Below are positions 9,407 to 19,533 of a stretch of 64,000 bases of DNA, piece after piece (within the stretch, counting starts at the first letter, position 1; each line of letters begins with the position of its first letter). The stretch comes from Abditibacteriaceae bacterium (GTDB lineage: Bacteria; Armatimonadota; Abditibacteriia; Abditibacteriales; Abditibacteriaceae). The translations under genes were made by a program, and so were the position numbers. The notes beneath the pieces were generated by a model. The model was not told the origin of the DNA. It worked only from the letters and a program-made list of their open reading frames with translations, and searched no databases. The stretch lies in assembly GCA_965277285.1 (NCBI GenBank), contig OZ255721.1, positions 1,344,001 to 1,408,000 of the forward strand, read 5' to 3'.

Positions 9407-11398
9407 ATGAACTTCGATCTTTCCCGCGAATGGCTTTGCACTAACGGCATCGGCGGTTTTGCGTCTTCGACTGTTATTGGTTGCAATACGCGCCGCTATC
9501 ACGCCTTGCTGTGCGCCGCGACGCGTCCGCCACTGGGTCGCATGGTGTTGGTCAACAAAGCTGATGAAACGCTGACGCTGGGCGACCGCTCTTTTGAACT
9601 GGGCTGCAATCAATATCCGGGCGCCATAAATCCTGTCGGTTATCAGTTTTTGCAGGATTTTGCGCCGTCTCCGCTGCCGACCTGGACTTACAAAGTTCCC
9701 GGCGCCACTTTGCGCAAAACCGTGTGGATGCCGCACGGACAAAACACAACCGTCGTGCGCTACGAACTGATTGAAGGCGACGCGGCCACATTATTGGCGC
9801 GACCATTCGTCACGGGACGCGATTATCACGGCACGCATCACTACAACACGGGTTTCAACACCCACTGCGATTCAACTGAGGAAAACGGTGCCTGTATCGT
9901 GTCGCTGCAACCTTACGAAACCTGCCCGCAAATCGTCTGGAGCCATGACGGAACCTGCCCGCAAATCGTCTGGAGCCATGACGGAACGTGGCGCGAAGGC
10001 GGCGCCTGGTACTACAACTTCGAGTACTCGATTGAAAAGGAACGCGGCCTCGATTTCCACGAAGACGCTTACTGTCCGGGCGCCTGGGTTTGGAACCTGA
10101 CGCGCGAAAAACCTGTTGCGACCTGGGTCATCGGATTGGAAAAACACGATCCCACAGAAATGCTGGCGACCTACGAAACCGAAATTGCGCGCCAGAACAC
10201 TTTGCTGGAAACCGCGCAAGTTTCGAGTACGGGAAACCCGCCCGACGATTTCAAATCGCGCTTAATCATCGCCGCTGATCAATTTATCGTGCAACGCGAA
10301 GACGGCTTGCACACGATTTTGGCGGGTTATCCGTGGTTTTCCGATTGGGGACGCGATACGATGATCGCGCTGCCGGGCTTGTGTCTTTCCACCAAACGCT
10401 TCGACATCGCGCGCAGCATTCTTTTGGCGTTTGCCAAAGCGAGCACGCAAGGCATGATTCCCAATCGTTTTCCCGATGCGGGAGAAACGCCCGACACCAA
10501 CACAGTCGATGCAACGTTGTGGTTTTTCCACGCAATTGAGCGCTATGTCCACGCCAGCGGCGATTGGGACACCTTGAAAAATGATCTTTATCCGGTTTTG
10601 AAAGATTCGATTGCGTGGCACATCAAGGGCACGCGCTTCAATATCAAGGCCGATGAGCGCGATGGTTTGCTGCACGCGGGCGATTCGAGTACTCAATTGA
10701 CGTGGATGGATGCCAAAGTCGGCGACACGGTTTTCACGCCTCGTGATGGCAAGCCCGTCGAGATTCAAGCCTTGTGGTACAACGCGCTGCGCCACATGAT
10801 GGCCTTCGCCGAAGTGCTGGGCGATGAACCGACGAAAAAGCTGTGTGGAGATTGGAGTCGTCGCGCCAAGGCGAACTTTGCCACCACGTTCTGGAACGAA
10901 GACGCTGGCTGTCTATACGACTACGTTTCTTCCGATGGTTCTTACAAAAACGCCGATATGCGCCCGAACCAGATTTTTGCCGTCAGCCTGCCAAATCGCT
11001 TGCTGACTTTGGATCAGGAAAAGCGCGTCGTTCAAGCCGTGCAACGCGATTTACTGACGCCAGTCGGCCTGCGTTCTCTGAGCGCCAGCGACCCGAAATA
11101 TCGCGGCATTTACATCGGCGACCAATGGCAACGCGACAGCAGTTATCATCAGGGAACAGTTTGGGCGTGGCTCATCGGCGGCTTTCTGAGCGCGTATTTG
11201 CGCGTCAATCGTCGCAGTCAGGCGTCCAAAGCGCGCGTCCGCGAATGGCTCGAACCGCTGCACCAGCATTTGGATGCCGCGTGCCTGAACCAGATCAGCG
11301 AAATCTTCGACGGCAACGAGCCACATACACCGCGTGGCTGCTGCGCCCAAGCGTGGAGCGTCGCCGAACCTTTACGCATTTTGCTGGACGAATTGTAA
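9407..11398 (+). CDS. Glycogen debranching enzyme (amylo-alpha-1,6-glucosidase, GDE_N + GDE_C)
   Basis: EWLCTNGIGG, AGYPWFSDWGRD, TWMDA, YHQGTVW, QAWS. Confidence 0.92.
   Translation: MNFDLSREWLCTNGIGGFASSTVIGCNTRRYHALLCAATRPPLGRMVLVNKADETLTLGDRSFELGCNQYPGAINPVGYQFLQDFAPSPLPTWTYKVPGATLRKTVWMPHGQNTTVVRYELIEGDAATLLARPFVTGRDYHGTHHYNTGFNTHCDSTEENGACIVSLQPYETCPQIVWSHDGTCPQIVWSHDGTWREGGAWYYNFEYSIEKERGLDFHEDAYCPGAWVWNLTREKPVATWVIGLEKHDPTEMLATYETEIARQNTLLETAQVSSTGNPPDDFKSRLIIAADQFIVQREDGLHTILAGYPWFSDWGRDTMIALPGLCLSTKRFDIARSILLAFAKASTQGMIPNRFPDAGETPDTNTVDATLWFFHAIERYVHASGDWDTLKNDLYPVLKDSIAWHIKGTRFNIKADERDGLLHAGDSSTQLTWMDAKVGDTVFTPRDGKPVEIQALWYNALRHMMAFAEVLGDEPTKKLCGDWSRRAKANFATTFWNEDAGCLYDYVSSDGSYKNADMRPNQIFAVSLPNRLLTLDQEKRVVQAVQRDLLTPVGLRSLSASDPKYRGIYIGDQWQRDSSYHQGTVWAWLIGGFLSAYLRVNRRSQASKARVREWLEPLHQHLDAACLNQISEIFDGNEPHTPRGCCAQAWSVAEPLRILLDEL
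9919..9984 (+). repeat. Exact 33-bp in-frame tandem duplication
   Basis: AACCTGCCCGCAAATCGTCTGGAGCCATGACGG x2 (TCPQIVWSHDG twice). Confidence 0.95.
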
Positions 11399-11410
11399 TT
11401 TCAATGCACC

Positions 11411-11845
11411 GTGAAGCGGAAAAGAAGAATCGAGTACTCGAGTTTCGCCATAGACAAGTCAAAGGAAATGCTGATGCGGCCTTTTGCGAGAACAGAAAAA
11501 ATTACTGCTCGGCCACTTGTTTATGAACTTGTGATAGAGCAGCAAGCTCTCGAGGCAATTTGTCCAGAATTGCAAGCTATCATTGATGCCGAAGTGAAAG
11601 CGGGCAACGAAGTCATTGGTGCTGCCTTCACGAACTGGCCTTTTCAAAATTGCTTGCTTATCACATTGAAACGCATATTTTCAATCAGGAACCACCAAAC
11701 TTCCGCAAGTCTGCGCTTCGAGGTTTTCGACTACCACGGAACACCGGAAAGTTATCATTGCCAAGCGCACAATCAAGTCATACTTGCTGCTATGCCTACA
11801 CTGCGAGAATTCAAGTCAGGCCTTTTACGTTCATCTTCTGGTTAG
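11411..11845 (+). CDS. Hypothetical protein
   Basis: ORF filling the gap between GDE and recX; true start probably later. Confidence 0.45.
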   Translation: MKRKRRIEYSSFAIDKSKEMLMRPFARTEKITARPLVYELVIEQQALEAICPELQAIIDAEVKAGNEVIGAAFTNWPFQNCLLITLKRIFSIRNHQTSASLRFEVFDYHGTPESYHCQAHNQVILAAMPTLREFKSGLLRSSSG

Positions 11846-11881
11846 AGTGGCGTTTCTTCACACTTTCATCGCGCTTTTCCC

Positions 11882-12550
11882 ATGTCAAAACAACCGCACG
11901 CTGGAACTATTACCGCCGTTGTCGCGCAGGAACGTGTGCGCAAGCATCTGGGAACGCGCATCAACATTTTTGTCGATGACACTTTTTCCTTCGCGCTCGA
12001 CCGCGATTTGGTCATTCAATACGGGTTGCGGCGCGGTCTGGTTTTGTCGCCGACCAATCTCGAAAAACTGCTGCAACACGATGGTGAGGCGCGCGCTTAT
12101 GCTCGCGCTTTGCATTTTCTGTCGTATCGTTCGCGTTCCTCAAAAGAAATACGCGAACGCTTGGCGCGCGACGAATGGCCGGAAACCGTTATCAATCGAG
12201 TACTCGAACGCCTGGCGCGCGATGGTTTAGTCAACGATCAGGATTTCGCCAACTTGTGGGTCGAAAATCGTTCGCATTCCAAACCGCGCGGTTCGCGTTT
12301 GTTACGCCAAGAATTGCGCGCTAAAGGTGTCGAATCCGAAACTATCGCGCAGTCTTTACCAGACGATGAACAGGAACGCGCCAACGCCGTCGAAGCTCTG
12401 CGTCCGCAACAGCGCAAATGGCAGGAGTTGGAAGAACGTGCGCAACGTGATAAAGCGATTGCTTTTCTGCAACGGCGAGGCTTTGGTTTCTCAGTCGCAC
12501 TCGCCGCGTTGCGAATGTTGAAGGAAGAGGAAGAAGGGCAGGAATTATAG
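11882..12550 (+). CDS. recX: RecX regulatory protein
   Basis: LSYRSRSSKE, NDQDFA, LRQELRAKG, LQRRGF. Confidence 0.9.
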   Translation: MSKQPHAGTITAVVAQERVRKHLGTRINIFVDDTFSFALDRDLVIQYGLRRGLVLSPTNLEKLLQHDGEARAYARALHFLSYRSRSSKEIRERLARDEWPETVINRVLERLARDGLVNDQDFANLWVENRSHSKPRGSRLLRQELRAKGVESETIAQSLPDDEQERANAVEALRPQQRKWQELEERAQRDKAIAFLQRRGFGFSVALAALRMLKEEEEGQEL

Positions 12551-12792
12551 AAACGAGGCAGCGCCTATGCCACGAAAGTCTGCGAAGGTTCCAGATTTGT
12601 GTTAGTGTTGAAAGAACTTGACACCCTCAAAGTTCCACTTGCTAACCTACTCCTTCGAGTTCGTTTCGATACGGAGGCTATTCTGTCGCAGTACGGAATA
12701 ATCTAAAAATTTTGGGCGTGGTTCATAGGGTGAGTTTGTGACTAAGAAACTCATTTCATTGTGCTACCACCAAAATTTGTTATGAGGCCTTC

Positions 12793-13977
12793 ATGTCGAA
12801 TGTAATCTCTCCTGAACATATTGCTGTATCATCTCAGTCCCAGCCACGCATTCGCCTGAATTTCTTAGATGGGTTGCGTGGCCTCTCCGCGCTTTATGTC
12901 GTGATGTTCCATGCCTATGAAACATCAGGGGAATCGCGTTATGGCGGCGTCCATACCAACCTGTCCGCTGGCTTGGTGTCCTCGCTTCAATGGTTGTTCA
13001 GTGGCCATATCGCTGTTGTGGTATTCATAGCGCTTTCCGGTTATTGCTTGATGATGCCTGTAGCCATCAACAACGTCTTGCCAGGTGGGTTTTCTGGCTA
13101 TATTATGAGGCGCGCCCGGCGCATTCTGCCGCCGTATTTCGCCGCCCTGGGAATCAGCCTGCTTTTGATCGCCATAGTTCCTGGGTTGGGACAACAGCGC
13201 GAAGTCTACTGGGATCAAACCCTTCCGGCTTTTTCGTCAGGGTCCTTACTTTCTCACCTTTTTCTATTTCAAAATGTGACACCTTGGTCGGCTCGCATCA
13301 ATTATCCGCTTTGGACAGTTGCCACAGAATGGCAGATTTATTTTCTCCTTCCCCTGTTGTTCCTTCCCGTTTTGAAAAGATGGGGACTTCTCGCCATGTT
13401 ACTTGTGGCAGTTTTTCTGAGTCTGGGGCCACATTACATTTTTCACGGTCGTTTCGACCACGCCGCGCCAGAGTTCATTGGCGTGTTCGCTTTGGGCGCC
13501 GCCGGAGCCTTAATCAACTTTTCGCCGCAACACTCATCCCTGCTTCACAAACTACCCTGGAGGGCAATCGCGGCTGTCTCTATGACACTGCTCATTCTGA
13601 CCATGTGCTTCAAAGCTTCGTTGCTGACGAACCGCCAGTATTTAGTGGATCTTCTCGTCGGAGCCATTATCACCTCGCTTTTGATCTACTGCACTGCCTG
13701 CGCAACAAACCACGCCAAACCACAAAGCAGCCGCCTCTTAAAAGTTTTAGAAGCGCCACTCCTCACCTTCCTGGGCACTTTCTCTTACAGCCTTTACTTG
13801 ATGCACGCTCCTATTCTGGCCATCGCCCATCTTGGCATCCATCAAATGAAAACAACACCCGTTGAGACATTGATATTGTTGTTGTCCTTTGGCGTTGCGG
13901 CTTCTCTCATCGGCTCCTATCTTTTCTACCTCGCTTGCGAACGCCCTTTCCTGACCCAACCCCGAGTTAAACGATAA
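12793..13977 (+). CDS. Acyltransferase 3 family (OafA-like) membrane O-acyltransferase
   Basis: LDGLRG, RRARRILPPY, WTVATEWQIY, SYSLYLMH. Confidence 0.9.
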   Translation: MSNVISPEHIAVSSQSQPRIRLNFLDGLRGLSALYVVMFHAYETSGESRYGGVHTNLSAGLVSSLQWLFSGHIAVVVFIALSGYCLMMPVAINNVLPGGFSGYIMRRARRILPPYFAALGISLLLIAIVPGLGQQREVYWDQTLPAFSSGSLLSHLFLFQNVTPWSARINYPLWTVATEWQIYFLLPLLFLPVLKRWGLLAMLLVAVFLSLGPHYIFHGRFDHAAPEFIGVFALGAAGALINFSPQHSSLLHKLPWRAIAAVSMTLLILTMCFKASLLTNRQYLVDLLVGAIITSLLIYCTACATNHAKPQSSRLLKVLEAPLLTFLGTFSYSLYLMHAPILAIAHLGIHQMKTTPVETLILLLSFGVAASLIGSYLFYLACERPFLTQPRVKR

Positions 13978-14023
13978 ATAAACACCGCTAAATTCCTGCA
14001 CAGCCTTTTTATATTAAAATACA

Positions 14024-14037
14024 TGAACAGTTGTTCA
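14024..14037. promoter_or_regulatory. SmtB/CzrA/CadC-type ArsR operator
   Basis: TGAACA-GT-TGTTCA palindrome just upstream of the ArsR gene. Confidence 0.75.
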
Positions 14038-14065
14038 ATTATTCACTTCCATAAAAGGAACGCTC

Positions 14066-14491
14066 ATGTCAACGTCAATTGCAACTTCAAAAAAGTCTGT
14101 TCTTTCCTCTACTCTCGAAGTGGCCGCGTCTGAGGAAATTTCTTTATTTGCGGATGCAGAAGCGGCACGGCGTGCGCAAAAAAGTCTTGAAACAAACCTG
14201 CCGCCGTCTCGGTTGGAAAATCTGTCGTTGATGTTTGCGGCGTTTGGCGACCCAACGCGCTTGAAATTGTTGTTCTTATTATGCGAAACCGAACTTTCTG
14301 TCGGTGATCTGGCGACGATTTCCGGCGTTTCGCAATCGGCGGTTTCACATCAGTTGAGCGGTCTGCGCGCCTTGCGTTTGGTGAAAGCACGACGCGCCGG
14401 GCGCCACACGTTTTACAGCGCCGACGACGAGCACATCGTCGATTTGCTGCGCATCGGAACCGAACACGTCCGCGAAAATCGCGCCGATTAA
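14066..14491 (+). CDS. ArsR/SmtB family metal-sensing repressor
   Basis: GDPTRLKLL, SQSAVSHQL, DEH...EH alpha5 site. Confidence 0.9.
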   Translation: MSTSIATSKKSVLSSTLEVAASEEISLFADAEAARRAQKSLETNLPPSRLENLSLMFAAFGDPTRLKLLFLLCETELSVGDLATISGVSQSAVSHQLSGLRALRLVKARRAGRHTFYSADDEHIVDLLRIGTEHVRENRAD

Positions 14492-14498
14492 CAACGCC

Positions 14499-16457
14499 AT
14501 GATCGAAACTCCTCTTTCTCCAGAAACCGCAATCGCCGAATCGAGTACTCGAAACGCTGCGGCGTGTTCATCGTGTGCACACGATCACGGTCATGAACAT
14601 GGCGGTGCGTCATGGTTGAACGGCACGACGCGCACAATCCTTTGCGGCGCACTGGCATTTGTCGCGTGGATTGTATCGCGCGTTTCTTTTCCATCGTTGC
14701 CTATCGCGTTATACGTTGTCGCGCTGGCGGTTGGCGGTTGGCCGTTGTTGCGCGGCGCTGTACGTTCGTTGCGCAAGTTAGCGCTCGACATGAACGTGTT
14801 AATGAGCGCGGCGGTTATTGGTGCGGCGATTTTAGGCGATTGGCCCGAAGCGGCGTCGCTGGTCGTACTTTATACGCTGTCCGAATCGCTGGAAGAATGG
14901 AGTTTGGGTCGTTCGCGGCGCGCCATGACGAACCTGCTGCAATTGACGCCGACGCGCGTTGTGGTGAAGTGCGACAATCAAACCCGCGAAGTCGAAGCGG
15001 ACGAAGTTCAAATCGGCGAGCATTTTCTGGTGCGCGCTGGAGAACGCATCGCGCTCGATGGTGTTGTCGTCGAAGGCACGTCCAGCGTCGATCAAGCGCC
15101 GGTTACGGGCGAAAGCGTGCCTGTTGAAAAAACCGTGAGCGACGAAGTTTTCGCGGGAACGCTCAATACAGATCGAGTACTCGAAGTGCGCGCCACGCAT
15201 TTGGCAAGCGAAGGAACAACGGCGCGCATCGCGTATTTGGTGGACGAAGCGGCAGCGCAAAAATCGCCGCGACAACGCGCGACGGAAACTTTCGCCAAAC
15301 GCTATACGCCGTTTGTTTTTGTTGCGGCGCTTTTGCTGGCTATCGTTCCGCCACTTGTTTTTCATGCGATGTGGCGCGATTCAGTTGTGCGAGGCTTGTC
15401 GTTGTTGGTCGCGGCGTGTCCGTGCGCCTTTGTCATCGGCGGCCCGATTGCGACGATTTGTGCGCTGTCTTCTGCCGCTAAACGTGGCGTTCTGGTTCGC
15501 CAAAGTTCTGCTTTGGAAACGCTTGCGAGCACGAAAATAGTGGCATTAGATAAAACCGGAACGCTGACACAAGGCGCGCCGCGCGTGCAAAGTTTCGTCG
15601 TTTTCGAGGGCGACGCGGACGAACTTTTGTCGGTCGCAGCGGCTTTGGAAACGCGCAGCGATCATCCTCTGGCGCGCGCCGTTGTCGAGTATTCGCGCGA
15701 ACGCAATGCGCGTACTCAAGATATTGAAAAGGTTCAGGAACGTGGCGGAAACGGCGTTCGCGGCGAAGTGAACGACGTTTGGTATGAAATCGGGCGCGCT
15801 AATAATTGGAAGTTGACAGCCGAAGTCGTGCAACAGGTTTCGCATTTTGAAGCCGCTGGCCAAAGCGTCGCGTTGTTGGGAAATGACCGCGAAGTTCTGG
15901 CAATGTTCGCTTTCGCCGATGAATTGCGCCCTGAAGCACATCGAGTACTCGAAACGCTGAAAAACAACGGCGTGACGAAAACTTTTGTGCTTTCTGGTGA
16001 TAACGAACAAGCGGTTGAGAAAGTGGCGAAGTCGGTTAGTGCAACTGAGTGGCGCGGCGCGCTTTTGCCGCATCAAAAGCTGGAATTGATTGAGCAAATG
16101 ACGGCGCAAGGCACGACAGCGATGATCGGCGACGGCATCAACGATGCGCCATCTCTCGCACGCGCCGATGTCGGAATCGCGGTTGGCAGCGAAGCGAGCG
16201 GACTTTCCGCGCAATCAGCCGACATGACGTTATTGTCCGGCGGCTTGTCGCAGTTGCCGTTCGCCTTTCGCTTGTCGCGCCGCACCAAAGCGATTATCGT
16301 GCAAAATCTTGCGCTCGCGCTGATGATGAAACTTGTTTTCGTCGGCGGTTTGCTGCTCGGCGTTTGGGGAAGTTGGCAACTCGTCGGCGGCGTGATTGCC
16401 GATATGGGCGCGACACTTTTGGTCACAGCGAACGGTTTGCGGCTTTTGCGCGATTGA
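14499..16457 (+). CDS. Heavy-metal P1B ATPase (Zn/Cd-type, CadA/ZntA-like)
   Basis: TGES, CPC, DKTGTLT, HP, GDGINDAP; Cys/His-rich N-terminus. Confidence 0.92.
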   Translation: MIETPLSPETAIAESSTRNAAACSSCAHDHGHEHGGASWLNGTTRTILCGALAFVAWIVSRVSFPSLPIALYVVALAVGGWPLLRGAVRSLRKLALDMNVLMSAAVIGAAILGDWPEAASLVVLYTLSESLEEWSLGRSRRAMTNLLQLTPTRVVVKCDNQTREVEADEVQIGEHFLVRAGERIALDGVVVEGTSSVDQAPVTGESVPVEKTVSDEVFAGTLNTDRVLEVRATHLASEGTTARIAYLVDEAAAQKSPRQRATETFAKRYTPFVFVAALLLAIVPPLVFHAMWRDSVVRGLSLLVAACPCAFVIGGPIATICALSSAAKRGVLVRQSSALETLASTKIVALDKTGTLTQGAPRVQSFVVFEGDADELLSVAAALETRSDHPLARAVVEYSRERNARTQDIEKVQERGGNGVRGEVNDVWYEIGRANNWKLTAEVVQQVSHFEAAGQSVALLGNDREVLAMFAFADELRPEAHRVLETLKNNGVTKTFVLSGDNEQAVEKVAKSVSATEWRGALLPHQKLELIEQMTAQGTTAMIGDGINDAPSLARADVGIAVGSEASGLSAQSADMTLLSGGLSQLPFAFRLSRRTKAIIVQNLALALMMKLVFVGGLLLGVWGSWQLVGGVIADMGATLLVTANGLRLLRD

Positions 16458-16506
16458 GTACTCGATAACTCTCATCGTCGGCTGTCAAAGTCTTCAAGGG
16501 GTAATA

Positions 16507-16745
16507 ATGAGATTTCCAATTCTTTCTTTATGTGGCGTCGGATTGATCGCTTTTGGCTTTTTCTTGTCTTCTGGCCGCAAATATATCAGCAGTTCAACCT
16601 ACGACATTTAGATTCGCAGATTTTCATAATCAACCGTGAATGGGTCAGGCGGCAATGGCAGCCTCCGATGACGCTCTGGCTTCTCAGATTTCTTGGATTA
16701 TGCGCCGTCATTATGGGCGCCAGTGCTTTCCTCGGGGGTCTTTAA
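16507..16745 (+). pseudogene. Small membrane protein with a frameshift in a T5 run
   Basis: MRFPILSLCGVGLIAFGFF joins LVFWPQ...FLGGL if one T is added at 16558-16562. Confidence 0.45.
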
Positions 16746-16932
16746 GTTTTAGCAGAACAAAAAAGAACTGTGAGCATAACGCGCGGTTCATTCCCTTCGC
16801 TAAAAATAAAATGGCGCCGTAGACAAAACCGCGTCGCTGGTTCGTCTTTAGGTTGGAGGCACGCTCATCAACCGCTTTTCGCTGACAATTGACCAATTTG
16901 GCGCTTTCAATTTTCCTTCAACCCGACCTCGC

Positions 16933-17454
16933 GTGAAAAACGCAATCGCACCCGATGTCGAAGGGCAATGTTTGCAGCGCGCGGCGAACGGCGATCCGCT
17001 TGCGTTGTCGCAGCTTTACGACTGGTATGCGCCCGCTTTGCATCGCGTTTTGGTCGCCATTTTGTCGTCGCCCGAAGACGCCGAAGACGCCTTGCAGGAA
17101 ACCTTTCTCAAGCTGATGGACGGCAAAATGGGACGCGCGCAAAACGTTCGCGCCTACTTGTTCACATCGGCACGACACATTGCGCTCGATATATTACGGC
17201 GCCGCAAACGCGAGCAAAATCACGTCGAAGAAACCGTCGAAACAGTTCAAAGCGCCAGCGACGATTTGCAAATGTTGTTGCAATTGCTGCCATTGGAGCA
17301 ACGCGAAGTGATCGCTTTGAAAGTCTTCGAGGAAATGACTTTCGCTGAAATCGCGCAAGTTGTGAAAACGCGACCGAACACCATCGCCAGTCGCTATCGT
17401 TACGGAATCGAAAAATTGCGGCAATGGCTGCGCGAGGAGAACGACGATGAATAA
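16933..17454 (+). CDS. ECF sigma factor
   Basis: DAEDALQETFLK region 2; LPLEQREVI...TFAEIA region 4. Confidence 0.9.
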   Translation: MKNAIAPDVEGQCLQRAANGDPLALSQLYDWYAPALHRVLVAILSSPEDAEDALQETFLKLMDGKMGRAQNVRAYLFTSARHIALDILRRRKREQNHVEETVETVQSASDDLQMLLQLLPLEQREVIALKVFEEMTFAEIAQVVKTRPNTIASRYRYGIEKLRQWLREENDDE

Positions 17455-17812
17455 CGACTTCGATTCTCTTGAGATGGATTCTCTCGAACACCGATTGCGC
17501 GCTTCCGCCGCGACTTTGCCGCCCGAACTGCGCCATCGAGTACTCGAACAATGCGCCATCAAAGCACGGGAAAAAGCGTGTCGCAATCGTCGCGCGAACT
17601 GGCGATTGGCGTGGGGTTTCGCGGTTTTGTGCGCGCTTAATTTCGGTGTTGGCGGAATGCTGGACGCGCAACGTCAAGCGATGCTGGGCAATTCGTCGTC
17701 TTCTACGCCACTTTACGCGGACGCCGCCAGTCAAAACGATTTTCGCCAAAGCGTGCTTTTGCGCTCGCAACTTCTGGCCGAACTTTCCAACCCGCGCCAC
17801 GACTTTTCTTAA
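17447..17812 (+). CDS. Putative anti-sigma factor (single TM)
   Basis: Overlaps the ECF stop codon; one hydrophobic segment. Confidence 0.6.
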   Translation: MNNDFDSLEMDSLEHRLRASAATLPPELRHRVLEQCAIKAREKACRNRRANWRLAWGFAVLCALNFGVGGMLDAQRQAMLGNSSSSTPLYADAASQNDFRQSVLLRSQLLAELSNPRHDFS

Positions 17813-17910
17813 GGCTTACGATGAACTGGCGGACGAGGCACCGCCTCGCCCCTACTGGAATTTGCGCCAGGCCTCGTTCCGGCGCGATTCAACTATCCAA
17901 AGGAAACCTT

Positions 17911-19401
17911 ATGTTCCGCAAAAAATCAGGCGCGCTCGACACTTCGGTTGTGGCGCCAGAACGAAGCAAAAACTTCCCGACATTTCGCCGTCTGCTTGGT
18001 CGTTTTGGGCGCTGGCCATTTATGTCGCGCGCTTGGTGGAAACGCAATAAACGGCGTATGGCGTGGCTGTGTCTGGTTTTGGTAGCGATTTGGACAGCGA
18101 CCAATATTTATGCGTCGGTTTTGCTGAACCGCGAATTGGAAGCAATCCGACAACGCGGCGAACCTTTGACATTGGCCGAACTTGCGCCACCGCCGGTTCC
18201 CGATGCACAAAACGCTGCAGTCCTTTATAAACACGCGGAAGTGTTGCTCGAAAAATTGGGCTTAACGTCAGATGAAGAAATGCAGATGATGGGAAGAGGC
18301 GCCCAAACGACGCCTCAACAACTTTCCTCTGTGCGGCGCCCATTGTTGCAAAAATATCGTCCAGGAGTCGAACTGATTCGCCAGGCGTCGCGCTTGTCGT
18401 TGTGTCGTTTCCCAAGGCCGTGGCAAACAAGACCAGCTTTTACGATTCTGTTCCCCGAACTGGCGTATCTCCGCAAATTCGCACGTTTGATGAGCGCCAG
18501 CGCGATTCAAGAAGCACAAGATGGACAAACCACGCAAGCGATTGAAGATGTCGGTACCATTTATCGCATCAGCGAACACGCCAATTCCGACCCGATTCTG
18601 ATTGCGTTTTTGGTCAGCACCGCAGTTGAACAAATCGGGCATAACGCCCTTGCGCAGGTATTCGAGTACTCGAATCTCACGCCGTCGCAAAAAAGTCAGG
18701 TTGAAGCGATTCTGCCGCGCGTCGACAAAGAACAGCAACTTGGACGCGCCTTGCGTGGCGAACGTGCTTTCGGTTTGTCGAGCTTCGATTATGTTCTTTC
18801 GACACCGGGCGGCTTCACGGAAGTTTCGCAGCTTTCCGGCAGTGAAGCTGAAAGCGACAACGTCATAATTTCGCTATTGTGGCGCGTTGGTCGAACATTG
18901 TGGCTTCCGATGTTTAAACTCGACGAAGTGTGGTTTTTACGCTCGCATCCGGCGAATTCCCATCCAACACCACTCGAAGATGTTCCAAGTTACGCGATGC
19001 TGACAAGAACACTTTTGCCGGTATTCGACAGAGTACACGACTTGGCTCGCAAAGGTGAAACGACACGTAATCTGGCGCGTATCGCTCTCGACCTGGACGT
19101 TTATCGCACGCAGTTCAAAACCTATCCTGCGACTTTGGCGCAACTTGAAACACAAAGAAAAACGCGCTTGCCGCTCGACTTCTATTCTGGCAAATCGTTT
19201 GTTTATCGTGTCACTAAAGACGGCTATGCGCTTTATAGCGTTGGCCCAAATAAGGTTGACGATGGCGGACGCGATATGCAAGATTTCGCGCGTTCGCCAC
19301 AAAGCACGCAACAAACACCAGGCGGCTCGTCGCTGGCGCCTTGGGATGATATTCCCTGGCCGCCCAGTTGGTTCACGCGTCACCATCAATACCAACCCTG
19401 A
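17911..19401 (+). CDS. Membrane-anchored hypothetical protein with GspG-like C-terminal motif
   Basis: N-terminal TM; YPATL...YSVGPNKVDDGG. Confidence 0.6.
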   Translation: MFRKKSGALDTSVVAPERSKNFPTFRRLLGRFGRWPFMSRAWWKRNKRRMAWLCLVLVAIWTATNIYASVLLNRELEAIRQRGEPLTLAELAPPPVPDAQNAAVLYKHAEVLLEKLGLTSDEEMQMMGRGAQTTPQQLSSVRRPLLQKYRPGVELIRQASRLSLCRFPRPWQTRPAFTILFPELAYLRKFARLMSASAIQEAQDGQTTQAIEDVGTIYRISEHANSDPILIAFLVSTAVEQIGHNALAQVFEYSNLTPSQKSQVEAILPRVDKEQQLGRALRGERAFGLSSFDYVLSTPGGFTEVSQLSGSEAESDNVIISLLWRVGRTLWLPMFKLDEVWFLRSHPANSHPTPLEDVPSYAMLTRTLLPVFDRVHDLARKGETTRNLARIALDLDVYRTQFKTYPATLAQLETQRKTRLPLDFYSGKSFVYRVTKDGYALYSVGPNKVDDGGRDMQDFARSPQSTQQTPGGSSLAPWDDIPWPPSWFTRHHQYQP

Positions 19402-19423
19402 AGCAAACAACGAGACAAAACAA

Positions 19424-19455
19424 AACGGCTGCATTCACGAAAGAATGCAGCCGTT
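19424..19455. terminator. Stem-loop between convergent genes
   Basis: AACGGCTGCATTC...GAATGCAGCCGTT. Confidence 0.65.
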
Positions 19456-19533
19456 GTAACACGCGGTTCATCCCGCCACCGTGTTTGGATTGAGGAGCCT
19501 CGAAAGGTTACTTCGAGTACTCTATTTGCGACT

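Noticed and set aside
12660..12790. ydaO (c-di-AMP) riboswitch suggested by TACGGAGG
   Set aside because: The GCTGAATCC and CAGCTAAC elements are missing
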